From NCBI GenBank assembly GCA_025359725.1, contig JANYEX010000075.1, positions 1 to 46,105 of the forward strand: a stretch of DNA of 46,105 bases, written 5' to 3'. The DNA is from Chitinophagaceae bacterium (GTDB lineage Bacteria > Bacteroidota > Bacteroidia > Chitinophagales > Chitinophagaceae). A program made the translations under genes and the position numbers. This document shows, piece by piece, positions 26,655 to 36,077 of the stretch; within the stretch, counting starts at the first letter, position 1, and every line of letters starts with the position of its first letter. The notes beneath the pieces were generated by a model. It did no database searches. It had not been told where the DNA came from and saw only the letters and a program-made list of their open reading frames with translations.

Positions 26655-27536
26655 ATGAGAATTGCACACCTTATACTAACACACGGCAACCCTGAACACT
26701 TAGAAAGACTGATAAAAAGATTGCAACATCCAAAGGCAGACTTTTTTATTCATGTAGATCTTAAAACAGACATAACACCCTTTCTTTATCTAGAAAACTT
26801 AGGTCAGGTAAACTTTGTTAGACCAAGAGTTCAGGTTCATTGGGGCGGCTACAGTATAGTAGAGGCTACACTTAACGGGTTTGAAAGCATCTTGCAAACA
26901 AATAAACGTTTCGATTATATCAACCTTTTAAGTGGTCAGGACTATCCATTGAAAGATGTTTATGAGATTCATAAATTCTTTAGGGATAACCCTGGCAAGG
27001 TGTTCACTGAGTTTTTATCAGTAGAAGATGAATGGCACGAGGCAATACCTAGAATAAAGAGATATTTTCTTACGGATACTCCATTCTTTGGTAGTACATT
27101 CTTGGAAGGGGTTATTAATGTGTTCATGCCACCTCGGAAGATGCCTAAGAAGATGAAGGCTTTTGGACGATCTCAGTGGTTTACTATTAGTTCCCTACAT
27201 GCCAACAACATTGTTGATTATCTGCTTGATTACCCAGAGATCATTAAATTCTTTCGGAATACATGGGGCAGTGATGAGTTTTTTTTTCAAACACTAATCT
27301 ATAATTCTGATTATAGGTCAGATATGGTAAACGATAATCTTAGGTACATTGACTGGTCGGAAGGAAAGCCTAGTCCAAAGACGCTTACCATAGATGATGC
27401 AGAGAAACTGATTAATAGTGGAAAGCTATTTGGCAGAAAATTTAATGGTAAGGTGGATAGTAAGATTTTAGATTATTTGGATGAAAAAGCGGCTATTGCT
27501 GCTCGTAACCGTCCACTAGAAGAAGAGGAAGATTAA
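26655..27536 (+). CDS. Glycosyltransferase family 14 (core-2/I-branching-like)
   Basis: IAHLILTH, FIHVD, VHWGGYS, LLSGQDYPLK, SQWF, DEFFFQT, NLRYIDW, FGRKF. Confidence 0.92.
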   Translation: MRIAHLILTHGNPEHLERLIKRLQHPKADFFIHVDLKTDITPFLYLENLGQVNFVRPRVQVHWGGYSIVEATLNGFESILQTNKRFDYINLLSGQDYPLKDVYEIHKFFRDNPGKVFTEFLSVEDEWHEAIPRIKRYFLTDTPFFGSTFLEGVINVFMPPRKMPKKMKAFGRSQWFTISSLHANNIVDYLLDYPEIIKFFRNTWGSDEFFFQTLIYNSDYRSDMVNDNLRYIDWSEGKPSPKTLTIDDAEKLINSGKLFGRKFNGKVDSKILDYLDEKAAIAARNRPLEEEED

Positions 27537-27548
27537 AAAATATATAGC

Positions 27549-28460
27549 GTGAAAAAGGTATCTATTGTTACGGTAAATTATAATCATAGTCATGTAACCG
27601 ATGAGTTGCTTGACTCTATTGCTGTAAAGAATACCTACCCAAATATAGAAATAGTAGTGGTGGACAATGCTAGTAAGGTTAATCCTGTGCCAGCATGGAT
27701 TACCAAATATCCCAATGTTACTTTTATTAGAAGTGAAGTAAACCTGGGGTTTGCTGGCGGAAATAATATTGGCATAAACGCTGCTACTGGCGATTACTTT
27801 TTCTTAGTGAATAATGATACAGAGTTTACAGAAGGATTGATAGAAACATTAGTAGAAACACTAGATACACATCCAGAGGTTGGCATGGTTTCTCCTAAAA
27901 TAAAATACTTCGATAAGCCAGAGATGCTACAATATGCTGGCTATACCCCAATGAATTATTTTACTGCAAGAAATGCTTGTGTTGGGCAGTTTGAAACAGA
28001 CAATGGTCAGTACGACTACATAACAGGCGAAACTGGTTTTGCTCATGGCGCAGCCATGATGGTAAAAAGGGAAGCGATAGATAAAGCAGGATTGATGTCG
28101 GAAAACTTTTTTTTATATTACGAAGAAATGGATTGGTGCGACCGTATCAAGCATAACGGATATAAAGTATGGGTGAATATGCAGGCATTAATCTATCATA
28201 AAGAATCTATTTCGGTGGGTAAAAAAAGTACCTTGAAAGAATATTTCATGAACAGAAACCGCATCTTATTTACACGTAGAAATGCTAGCACCTTTGAGAA
28301 GTTAGTATTCTATTTTCATTTTACATTGATTGTTTCCCCCAGAAATATTCTTTCTTATTTAAAGAATAAAGAGTTTGGCTTTATTACTCAGTTAATTCGT
28401 GCTATATGGTGGAATATTAGCAACAGCAGGGATAGTAGTTATCTGGGTTTTAAATCATAA
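27549..28460 (+). CDS. Glycosyltransferase family 2
   Basis: VSIVTVNYN, VVDNAS, NLGFAGGNN, NNDT, FFLYYEEMDW; GTG start. Confidence 0.93.
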   Translation: MKKVSIVTVNYNHSHVTDELLDSIAVKNTYPNIEIVVVDNASKVNPVPAWITKYPNVTFIRSEVNLGFAGGNNIGINAATGDYFFLVNNDTEFTEGLIETLVETLDTHPEVGMVSPKIKYFDKPEMLQYAGYTPMNYFTARNACVGQFETDNGQYDYITGETGFAHGAAMMVKREAIDKAGLMSENFFLYYEEMDWCDRIKHNGYKVWVNMQALIYHKESISVGKKSTLKEYFMNRNRILFTRRNASTFEKLVFYFHFTLIVSPRNILSYLKNKEFGFITQLIRAIWWNISNSRDSSYLGFKS

Positions 28461-28572
28461 TTTTCAATGAACATATCTTCAAACAGAAGCTTGCTAAGGT
28501 ACAACTTATTCTCAGTGGTCTTTTTTCTAAAACTCATAACGTTAAATCTATAAACCATATCTACATACCTCC

Positions 28573-28580
28573 TACATTTG
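28573..28580 (+). promoter_or_regulatory. -7 promoter element for sod
   Basis: TACATTTG, 40 bp before the ATG. Confidence 0.65.
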
Positions 28581-28620
28581 TGAGCAATAATTTAATTTTT
28601 CATTTTTAAACAATACAATC

Positions 28621-29226
28621 ATGTCATTTACATTACCAGCATTGACTTACGCACTTGATGCTTTAGAACCTTTTATTGATGCAAAAACTATGGAAATTCA
28701 CCATGGTAAACACCATCAAGCTTATGTAGATAACCTAAACAAAGCCATTGCAGGAACTCCAAACGAAGGAAAAACATTGGGAGAGTTGGTTGCAGTAGCG
28801 GGTACAATTTCTCCTGCCGTTCGTAACAATGGTGGTGGACATTGGAACCACACTTTCTTTTGGGAATCACTTGCTCCTCATGCTGGTGGTACGCCAACGG
28901 GTGCTTTAGGAGATGCTATCACAACTACTTTTGGAAGCTTTGATGCTTTTAAAGAAAAGTTTGCAGCTGCGGGTGCTACTCGTTTTGGTAGTGGTTGGGC
29001 TTGGCTAATAGTAAAGGATGATAAGCTAGAAGTTAGTTCTACACCTAACCAAGACAATCCTTTGATGGATGTTGCGGAAGTAAAGGGAATGCCAATATTG
29101 GGTGTTGACGTTTGGGAACATGCTTACTATTTGAAGTATCAAAACCGTCGCCCTGAATATTTGGGTGCTATCTGGAATGTTATCAATTGGACTAAAGTAG
29201 GAGAACGTTTCGCTGCCGCTAAATAA
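28621..29226 (+). CDS. sodA: Fe/Mn superoxide dismutase, Mn-type signature
   Basis: [35 protein letters not shown]. Confidence 0.93.
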   Translation: MSFTLPALTYALDALEPFIDAKTMEIHHGKHHQAYVDNLNKAIAGTPNEGKTLGELVAVAGTISPAVRNNGGGHWNHTFFWESLAPHAGGTPTGALGDAITTTFGSFDAFKEKFAAAGATRFGSGWAWLIVKDDKLEVSSTPNQDNPLMDVAEVKGMPILGVDVWEHAYYLKYQNRRPEYLGAIWNVINWTKVGERFAAAK

Positions 29227-29465
29227 ATAGCTCTAGACTTTTACCATAAAGGCACAAAGGTTTTCACTAAATACTCAAAGTGATTTCTTTTTGCCTTTTT
29301 ATTTTGCTACAAAAGCACTGAAAAGACAACATAACAAGGATTTTCCTTTTCTTTTTCTGTATTATCTGTGTATCAGTGGCAATTTTTTTCTAAAACAAAC
29401 ATTAATCAGCTTCTGCTATTGATAAAAAACAGACCTTGCCGCCTCAACTTAAAAAATAGTTAACC

Positions 29466-30083
29466 ATGAAAAAAATTATTAGTTATTGTTTTGCCCTTAC
29501 CTTGTTTGCTGCGTGTTCTTCTGGTCATAAGAAAATAATAGTGTACATAAAAGGAAATAGTACGGTAAATGAAGATGCCAAAACTATTACCGTTGCGGAC
29601 GGAAGTGGTAGTGATGAAAAAGTTATTTCCTACAAAACTGCTGATATAGTACAGTTGCAAGTAAAAGGACTAGGGGATGATGCGGCAGTGTCAATAGACA
29701 ATAATGGTTTGTATGTGTTGAACGCAAAAAGTGACACCATTATTGGTAGTTATCAAAAATATTCTGACCCAAGACTGACCCAAACAATGAAAACACAAGA
29801 TGACTTAAAGCGCGATATTGATTCCCTTGTTCAACTAACAGAAAACAAAAACATCAGTGCCGCCAACCGTAATTTTTACGTACTTCCCAAAACTGCCGTT
29901 AAAATTTCTGATAATGTTGATGCTTTTGTGGTTGGACCATTTCATAGAATGACTTCGGTAGAGAAAGAGGGCGACAAAACACCTGAAGTTTATCGGTTTT
30001 ATAGCATCAAGGAAATTAGAGAAACAATAGCGAAACTTACAGAACTCACTGTTTCTAAAGTTATTAAACCTAGCGATAATTAA
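29466..30083 (+). CDS. Hypothetical lipoprotein
   Basis: MKK + hydrophobic stretch + LFAAC lipobox; 205-aa open frame. Confidence 0.8.
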   Translation: MKKIISYCFALTLFAACSSGHKKIIVYIKGNSTVNEDAKTITVADGSGSDEKVISYKTADIVQLQVKGLGDDAAVSIDNNGLYVLNAKSDTIIGSYQKYSDPRLTQTMKTQDDLKRDIDSLVQLTENKNISAANRNFYVLPKTAVKISDNVDAFVVGPFHRMTSVEKEGDKTPEVYRFYSIKEIRETIAKLTELTVSKVIKPSDN

Positions 30084-30085
30084 AC

Positions 30086-30787
30086 TCATCCAACATTTAC
30101 AAGCAAAGCAGCCGCAACCATGCCGGCTGTTTCTGTTCGTAAGCGGGTATTGCCCAAAGAGGTAGCCTGATACCCATTCTGCAAAGCAAGTTCTATTTCT
30201 TGCGGGCTAAAGTCACCTTCTGGACCTATCAATATTTGTACGTCGTTGTCTATTTTAATTGAAGGGATAGTCTGCTTTGTTGTTTCCTCGCAATGGGCTA
30301 TTAACTTTTGAGAATAATTTGATGCTGCAATAACAACTTCCACATTTGTAGGTTGGTGCAATATTGGCAACCATGTTTGTTGACTTTGCAACATGGCAGC
30401 TACCAGAATGTTCTGCATCCTATCAAAGCGGAAATGTTGCTTTTCTGTCCGGGTGCATAGTAGCGGTATTATTCCGGTGATACCCATTTCGGTCGTTTTT
30501 TCCAGAAACCATTCTAGTCTGCTAGCATTTTTCAAAAGGGAAATGGCTATCGAAACCTTTCTTCCTTTCTTTTCTTGAAAACTACTTTCTATAATATTTA
30601 CCTCGCAATGGCGTTTATCTTCCTGCGCAATTGTTGCTTTGTGCAGCCCACCTTTCCCATCGGTTAGGTGCAATGGTTCGCCTGTTTTCATCCGTAATAC
30701 TTGGATGCAGTGTTTGCTTGTTTCTTCATTCAGCAAAAAAATTCCTTGCGTATAAATTCCTTCCTGATAAAAATATGGTATAGACAT
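30086..30787 (-). CDS. rsmE: 16S rRNA m3U1498 methyltransferase RsmE
   Basis: HCIQVLRM, EKTTEMG, IGPEGDFS, LGNTRLRTETA. Confidence 0.95.
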   Translation of the reverse strand: MSIPYFYQEGIYTQGIFLLNEETSKHCIQVLRMKTGEPLHLTDGKGGLHKATIAQEDKRHCEVNIIESSFQEKKGRKVSIAISLLKNASRLEWFLEKTTEMGITGIIPLLCTRTEKQHFRFDRMQNILVAAMLQSQQTWLPILHQPTNVEVVIAASNYSQKLIAHCEETTKQTIPSIKIDNDVQILIGPEGDFSPQEIELALQNGYQATSLGNTRLRTETAGMVAAALLVNVG

Positions 30788-31085
30788 GCGGTTGTAAGTT
30801 ATATAAATTAAGTAATTGCCATTGCAACAATACGTTATAAATCCTCAATTTCTTGCAATGCCTCGTTAATGACAGAACCTTGTTTTGTTAGTGATTAAGA
30901 TCTGTAAATGTTTAGAATGAGAGAAAAGAAGATTTATAATTACCGATAAACTATTTCCGTATGTCCGAAACTCGCTGCTGTAAGTCTCGATTTCTTTGCG
31001 GGACAAAAGAATTATGAAAAAATACACTTTTAAATCGTTATTCATCCATTTTATTTAACTACTTTTCCGCCTCATGTACAAACTT

Positions 31086-32111
31086 ATGGCAAAAATATTG
31101 CTTACAGGTGGCTGTGGTTATATAGGCTCGCACACTATTGTAGATTTAATTGAAAACGGATTTGAAGTAGTTTCTGTAGATGACAATTCTCGTTCTTCCA
31201 TCAATTCTTTAGAAGGAATTGAAAAGATAACGGGCGTTAAAATAAAAAATTATACGGTTGACTTAAAAGGTTTCGAAGCTACTCGAAAAATATTTGTAGA
31301 GAACCCAGACATTACTGGTATCATCCATTTTGCAGCATATAAAGCAGTAGGAGAATCTGTAGAGAAGCCTTTGTTCTATTTTGAAAACAATATGTTCTCC
31401 CTGATAAACTTATTAAAATGTGTGGAGGAATTTAATGTTTCCTACTTTGTTTTTTCTTCGTCATGTACTGTTTATGGCAATCCAGATTTGATTCCTGTTA
31501 CAGAAAAGACGCCTACCAAAAAGGCTGAAAGCCCTTATGGTGCTACCAAGCAAATGGGCGAGGTAATGATTGAGGATTTCGCTAAAAAGGCAAATGTTGC
31601 GTCTATCTTATTGCGTTATTTTAACCCGGTTGGTGCGCATCCTTCCATAAATATTGGCGAATTGCCAATTGGCAAACCCATGAACTTGGTGCCAGCTATT
31701 ACACAAACTGCTATCGGCAAGCTGCCTAAAATGATGGTTTATGGTGATGATTATCCTACAAGAGATGGTAGCTGTTTAAGGGATTATATCCACGTTTGCG
31801 ACATTGCCCATGCACATACTTTGGCTTTGCAATATTTGATTGATCAAAAAAATACATCTAAATGCGATGTTTTCAACCTTGGTTCTGGTAACGGGGTGAC
31901 GGTGTTGGAAGCTATAAAAACCTTTGAAGCCTTAAGTGGCGTGGCATTGAATTATGAAATTGGTCCACGCCGTGGTGGCGATGTGGTGGCTATTTATGCA
32001 GATAATAAATATGCCGTGGAGGGATTGGGTTGGAATCCTAAATATAACCTTGAAGATATGATGAACACCGCTTGGAAATGGGAGTTGAAGCTGAAAGAAG
32101 AAGGTGAATAA
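31086..32111 (+). CDS. galE: UDP-glucose 4-epimerase
   Basis: TGGCGYIGSH, IHFAAYKAVGES, SSSCTVYG, YGATK, LRYFNPVGAH, RDYIHV. Alternative in-frame ATG at 31074. Confidence 0.95.
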   Translation: MAKILLTGGCGYIGSHTIVDLIENGFEVVSVDDNSRSSINSLEGIEKITGVKIKNYTVDLKGFEATRKIFVENPDITGIIHFAAYKAVGESVEKPLFYFENNMFSLINLLKCVEEFNVSYFVFSSSCTVYGNPDLIPVTEKTPTKKAESPYGATKQMGEVMIEDFAKKANVASILLRYFNPVGAHPSINIGELPIGKPMNLVPAITQTAIGKLPKMMVYGDDYPTRDGSCLRDYIHVCDIAHAHTLALQYLIDQKNTSKCDVFNLGSGNGVTVLEAIKTFEALSGVALNYEIGPRRGGDVVAIYADNKYAVEGLGWNPKYNLEDMMNTAWKWELKLKEEGE

Positions 32112-32139
32112 CTCAGCCCTAAAGCCGAATTTTAAACAT

Positions 32140-32235
32140 ATTCACTTGAATCCTTCAAATATTCAGGTGAATACGCCAGTTATTCACATGAATATGTCGG
32201 TCATTAACTTGAATGTGTGTTCCATTCACGTGAAT
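32140..32235. repeat. Five 12-bp palindromes ATTCACNTGAAT at exact 21-bp spacing
   Basis: Cores at 32140, 32161, 32182, 32203 and 32224 with variable 9-bp linkers. Confidence 0.9.
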
Positions 32236-32340
32236 AAATCATTGTTTCTTTCTTTATTTAGAAAGATGCCTCTATCGGGTTAAGAAAAACAAGCCATCAT
32301 TTAATCGATAGTTTAACCTCAATTATCAATATTTGCAATT

Positions 32341-32799
32341 ATGAAAGTATTAATGGTTTGTTTAGGAAACATTTGTAGAAGCCCAATGGCTCAGGGAGTT
32401 TTAGAAGCTAAAGTAAAAGCAGCAGGATTAGATTGGCAGGTGGATAGTGCTGGCACTGCTAATTATCATGTTGAAGAACCACCGCATCATCTTTCTCAAA
32501 AAGTTGCGAAGAGTTATGGGGTTGACATAAGTGGTCAGCACGGAAGGCAATTGACCAAGGACGACTTTGTCAGCTTCGACAAGATTTACGTAATGGACAA
32601 AGAGAATTATCGCGATGCAAAACGGATTGCTGGTGATAATTGGGATGAAGAAAAGGTAGATTTATTATTGAATGAAATCTATCCCAACGAAAGCAGAGAA
32701 GTGCCCGACCCTTGGTATGGCGGCATTGAAAACTTTAAAGAAGTATATGCTTTATTGAATGAAGCATGTGAGAAAATAATAGAAAAGAATAAGGCGTAA
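32341..32799 (+). CDS. Low-molecular-weight protein-tyrosine phosphatase
   Basis: VCLGNICRS P-loop; DSAGT; DPWY. Confidence 0.95.
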   Translation: MKVLMVCLGNICRSPMAQGVLEAKVKAAGLDWQVDSAGTANYHVEEPPHHLSQKVAKSYGVDISGQHGRQLTKDDFVSFDKIYVMDKENYRDAKRIAGDNWDEEKVDLLLNEIYPNESREVPDPWYGGIENFKEVYALLNEACEKIIEKNKA

Positions 32800-32879
32800 G
32801 GGATAGGGAGCAAGGCGTAAGGAAGCATGGGTAACAATTCATTTTTTACTTACGCCTTATACCTTATGCCTTTCGCCTA
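32790..32879. repeat. Inverted pair of heptamer arrays (TAAGGCG / CTTACGC)
   Basis: TAAGGCG TAAGGGA TAGGGAG CAAGGCG TAAGG ... CTTACGC CTTATAC CTTATGC CTTTCGC. Confidence 0.8.
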
Positions 32880-32889
32880 AAATATAAAT

Positions 32890-34263
32890 ATGGCAAAAGC
32901 AACAGTTAGTTTACCACAGGGAACGAGAGATTTTTCGGCAGAGGTGGTGCGTAAACGGAATTACATATTTAATACCATCCGAAACGTTTTTGAATTATAT
33001 GGTTTTGCGCCTCTGGAAACACCAGCGATGGAAAACCTAGATACCCTGATGGGTAAATATGGCGAGGAAGGTGATAAACTGATATTCAAAATATTAAATA
33101 ACGGCTTGGATAATCCTGCTAAGCACGACCAGATAAGGACAGATTTTGAGAAGGTGTTGGAAGGGAAAAATACCAAGAACGTTACTGAGCGAGCCCTTCG
33201 TTACGACCTTACCATTCCTTTTGCTAGATATGTAGCCATGAATTATGGGCAACTGACTTTGCCTTTCAAGCGTTACCAGATTCAACCAGTTTGGAGGGCA
33301 GACAGACCACAAAAAGGACGTTACCGTGAGTTTTATCAGTGCGATGCCGACGTGGTGGGAAGCACAAGTTTACTGAACGAGGTAGAGTTGTCAAATATTT
33401 ACGCTACCGTATTTGCCACGCTAGGCATTGATGTAGAAATTAGAATTAATAGCCGGAAGATATTAGCAGCGTTGGCAGAAATATGTGGCGGAGCAGATAA
33501 GATGACCGATATAACCATCGCCATCGACAAACTGAATAAGATAGGTATTGAAAAGGTAAAAGAAGAATTAGCACAGCGTGGTTTGGATGAAACGCAGATA
33601 ATTACCATAGAAAAATACCTTGCCATCGATGGTAGCAACGAAGAAAAACTAGCAGCTGCCACTGCATTGATAGGTAATGCAGAAAGAGGTAAAGCAGGTG
33701 TTGAAGAGATAGAATACATCTTAAATTATTCTCAACTCATAACTAATAACTCAAAACTCATAATTGATTTCACCCTTGCCCGCGGTTTAAATTATTACAC
33801 AGGTCTCATTTTCGAGATAAAAGCAAAGGGCGTTCAGATGGGAAGTATTGGCGGTGGCGGAAGGTATGATGACCTTACGGGATTGTTTGGCGTGCCGAAT
33901 GTGCCGGGTGTAGGTATTAGTTTTGGGGTGGATAGGATTTATGATGTAATGGAAGAACTAGAACTTTTCCCCGAAACGGTACATAAGGGCGTGAAAGTTT
34001 TATTCTTTAACCTGGGCGAGCAGGAAAGCAAAACTGCTTTTGCATTGATGCAACAACTTAGGAATAACAATATTGGCTGCGAGCTTTTTCATGAAGCCAC
34101 CAAGATGGAAAAGCAATTTAAATACGCTGATAAAAAACAAATTCCTTTTGCCATCATCATCGGCAGTAAGGAATTGGAAGAAGGCACTTGCGTAATAAAA
34201 AACCTTGTTAGCGGTGAGCAAAAAACAGTTTTGCAGACAGCCCTTTTGCAAGAGTTCAGTTAG
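32890..34263 (+). CDS. hisS: Histidine--tRNA ligase
   Basis: GTRDF, LRYDLTIPFAR, WRADRPQKGRYREFYQCD, LARGLNYYTG, GGGRYD. Confidence 0.97.
   Translation: MAKATVSLPQGTRDFSAEVVRKRNYIFNTIRNVFELYGFAPLETPAMENLDTLMGKYGEEGDKLIFKILNNGLDNPAKHDQIRTDFEKVLEGKNTKNVTERALRYDLTIPFARYVAMNYGQLTLPFKRYQIQPVWRADRPQKGRYREFYQCDADVVGSTSLLNEVELSNIYATVFATLGIDVEIRINSRKILAALAEICGGADKMTDITIAIDKLNKIGIEKVKEELAQRGLDETQIITIEKYLAIDGSNEEKLAAATALIGNAERGKAGVEEIEYILNYSQLITNNSKLIIDFTLARGLNYYTGLIFEIKAKGVQMGSIGGGGRYDDLTGLFGVPNVPGVGISFGVDRIYDVMEELELFPETVHKGVKVLFFNLGEQESKTAFALMQQLRNNNIGCELFHEATKMEKQFKYADKKQIPFAIIIGSKELEEGTCVIKNLVSGEQKTVLQTALLQEFS
33734..33765. repeat. Heptamer repeat AACTCAT inside the hisS coding sequence
   Basis: AACTCAT AACTAAT AACTCAA AACTCAT AATT, encoding QLITNNSKLII. 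Confidence 0.8.
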
Positions 34264-34757
34264 ATAACTAATCCCTAAGGATAAAAATTGGGGATGCTAA
34301 CTTCATTTTTATCTACATTTCCAATTTCCATCTAAGGCATGTAGCGAGGTATTCACAGTTATTTCTCTTTCTTAATGAGACTTTTGGCAGCTACGCAGGA
34401 TATGTAAATTGCTTCTCTCAATCAATAATTTCTTTTTCTGAGATGACTTTTACAAATAGCTGGGTCATTGGAGGAGATGGCCAGGTGGTTAGAAGAAGCG
34501 ATAAAACACAAGAATTTCTATAATTCAGATACAAAAAAATAAAAATCTACGGTTGCCTCATTTGTAAAGCAGGTTTATAGGAAATAATTGAATGAAGAAA
34601 CCATTCTAAATTATTCAAATATTGAGGGGTAAGAGAAATTTATATTTTTCATATCCTTGTAAAATATAAAATTGAGATAGTTAACTGCGTACACGCCCAA
34701 ATGACAGAGATTTGCAAAAGGAATGAGGATTGTTTTTTCATTTAAAAAAATAAATTT

Positions 34758-35573
34758 ATGGCAACTGTAAGGTTCTTTCTTTTTAGTTTGTGGATGGTTT
34801 TCATCGCCATTTCGGCGCAAAATGCAATGGGGCAAGAGAGTGCGGTGAAAAAACTATTATCCAAAAAACAATTCGACCTATTGTTTCCTCATCGCGATGC
34901 TTTGTATAGTTACGAGTCGTTTATAGAGGCCACCAAGAAGTTTCCCACCTTTGCTACAGAAGGAAATGAGCTGCAAAAAAAGCGCGAACTGATGGCTTTT
35001 TTTGCCAATATTGCCCATGAAACTACCGATGGTTGGCCCGAAGCCGAGGGAGGGCCTTATGTTTGGGGACTTATTTATAAGGAAGAGCAGGACTGTTTGA
35101 AAAAGCCTTGTCCAGTTTATAATACGGGCGGCACGAGCCAATACCAACCTGTGGCAGGCAAAAATTATTATGGACGTGGGCCTCTGCAACTTTCTTATGC
35201 CTACAATTATGGGTTGGCAGGCGACGATTTAAAACTGCCTTTGTTGCAACAGCCCGAGCTTGTTTGTAGCAATGGAACAGTGGCTTTTGATGCCGCACTT
35301 TGGTTTTGGATGAAAATACAGAAGCCAAAACCTAGCTGCCACGAGGTAATGTGTGGCAAATGGAAACCTACAAAAGAAGATTTGGCGAAGAATAGAAAAC
35401 CAGGTTTTGGTATGACGATAAACATTATTAACGGCGGGCTAGAATGTAATACCAACAAAAAAGAAGTAAGCGATAACCGCCGAGAAAGGATCGGTTTTTA
35501 TAAATGGTTCTGCAAAAAAATGAACATTGTTCCCGAGGCCAATTGTGATTGTAGGATAATGAAGAGTTATTAA
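34758..35573 (+). CDS. Secreted glycoside hydrolase family 19 chitinase
   Basis: Signal peptide; FFANIAHETT, YKEEQ, YYGRGPLQLSYAYNY, ALWFWM, KPSCH, FGMTINIINGGLEC. Confidence 0.93.
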   Translation: MATVRFFLFSLWMVFIAISAQNAMGQESAVKKLLSKKQFDLLFPHRDALYSYESFIEATKKFPTFATEGNELQKKRELMAFFANIAHETTDGWPEAEGGPYVWGLIYKEEQDCLKKPCPVYNTGGTSQYQPVAGKNYYGRGPLQLSYAYNYGLAGDDLKLPLLQQPELVCSNGTVAFDAALWFWMKIQKPKPSCHEVMCGKWKPTKEDLAKNRKPGFGMTINIINGGLECNTNKKEVSDNRRERIGFYKWFCKKMNIVPEANCDCRIMKSY

Positions 35574-35648
35574 AATTGTGGTTAAAAGTTTTGTAGTAGT
35601 ATTTTCGGTGAATAAAATAAAGTTGATATATTTACTCCCTTTAACAAC

Positions 35649-36077
35649 ATGCTTGCTATGCGTTACGTAATCATTACACTGTTTTTTTGTGCATCAGTTA
35701 GTCAGCTAAAGGCTCAGAAGGAACAGGATATTTATTGTTACATGGTAAAAATTGGAGTTAAACACCCTGAGGTTGTTTTGAAACAGGCTATTTACGAGTC
35801 GGGGCATTTTAGGTCGCACATTTATCAGACTAAGAATAACCTTTTTGGTTTTAGGAACAAAAGATATATTACCTACGATACTTGGCAAAGCTGCGTAGAT
35901 TATTATAAAGTGTGGCAGAATAAGCATTATACTAATGATAGTTTGGATTATTACAGGTTCATTCAGAGGATGAATTTTAGTGGAAAGAACAGACAACGAT
36001 ATGTTAGTCAATTAAAAAACACAAGAATAAAGGCAAATCTTAACTGTTTGGCGGATGATGAACAACAAGGAAAATAA
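35649..36077 (+). CDS. Small exported glucosaminidase (GH73-like) domain protein
   Basis: Signal peptide; PEVVLKQAIYESG and NNLFGF motifs; the canonical YATD motif is not seen. Confidence 0.7.
   Translation: MLAMRYVIITLFFCASVSQLKAQKEQDIYCYMVKIGVKHPEVVLKQAIYESGHFRSHIYQTKNNLFGFRNKRYITYDTWQSCVDYYKVWQNKHYTNDSLDYYRFIQRMNFSGKNRQRYVSQLKNTRIKANLNCLADDEQQGK

Noticed and set aside
30815-30876. Weak resemblance to GTCATTGCGAG...CTCGCAATGAC REP-like elements
   Set aside because: Too degenerate; the arms pair poorly.
34300-34610. Short open frame after hisS (..SWVIGGDGQVVRR..)
   Set aside because: No convincing start or recognisable family; cannot support a pseudogene call.
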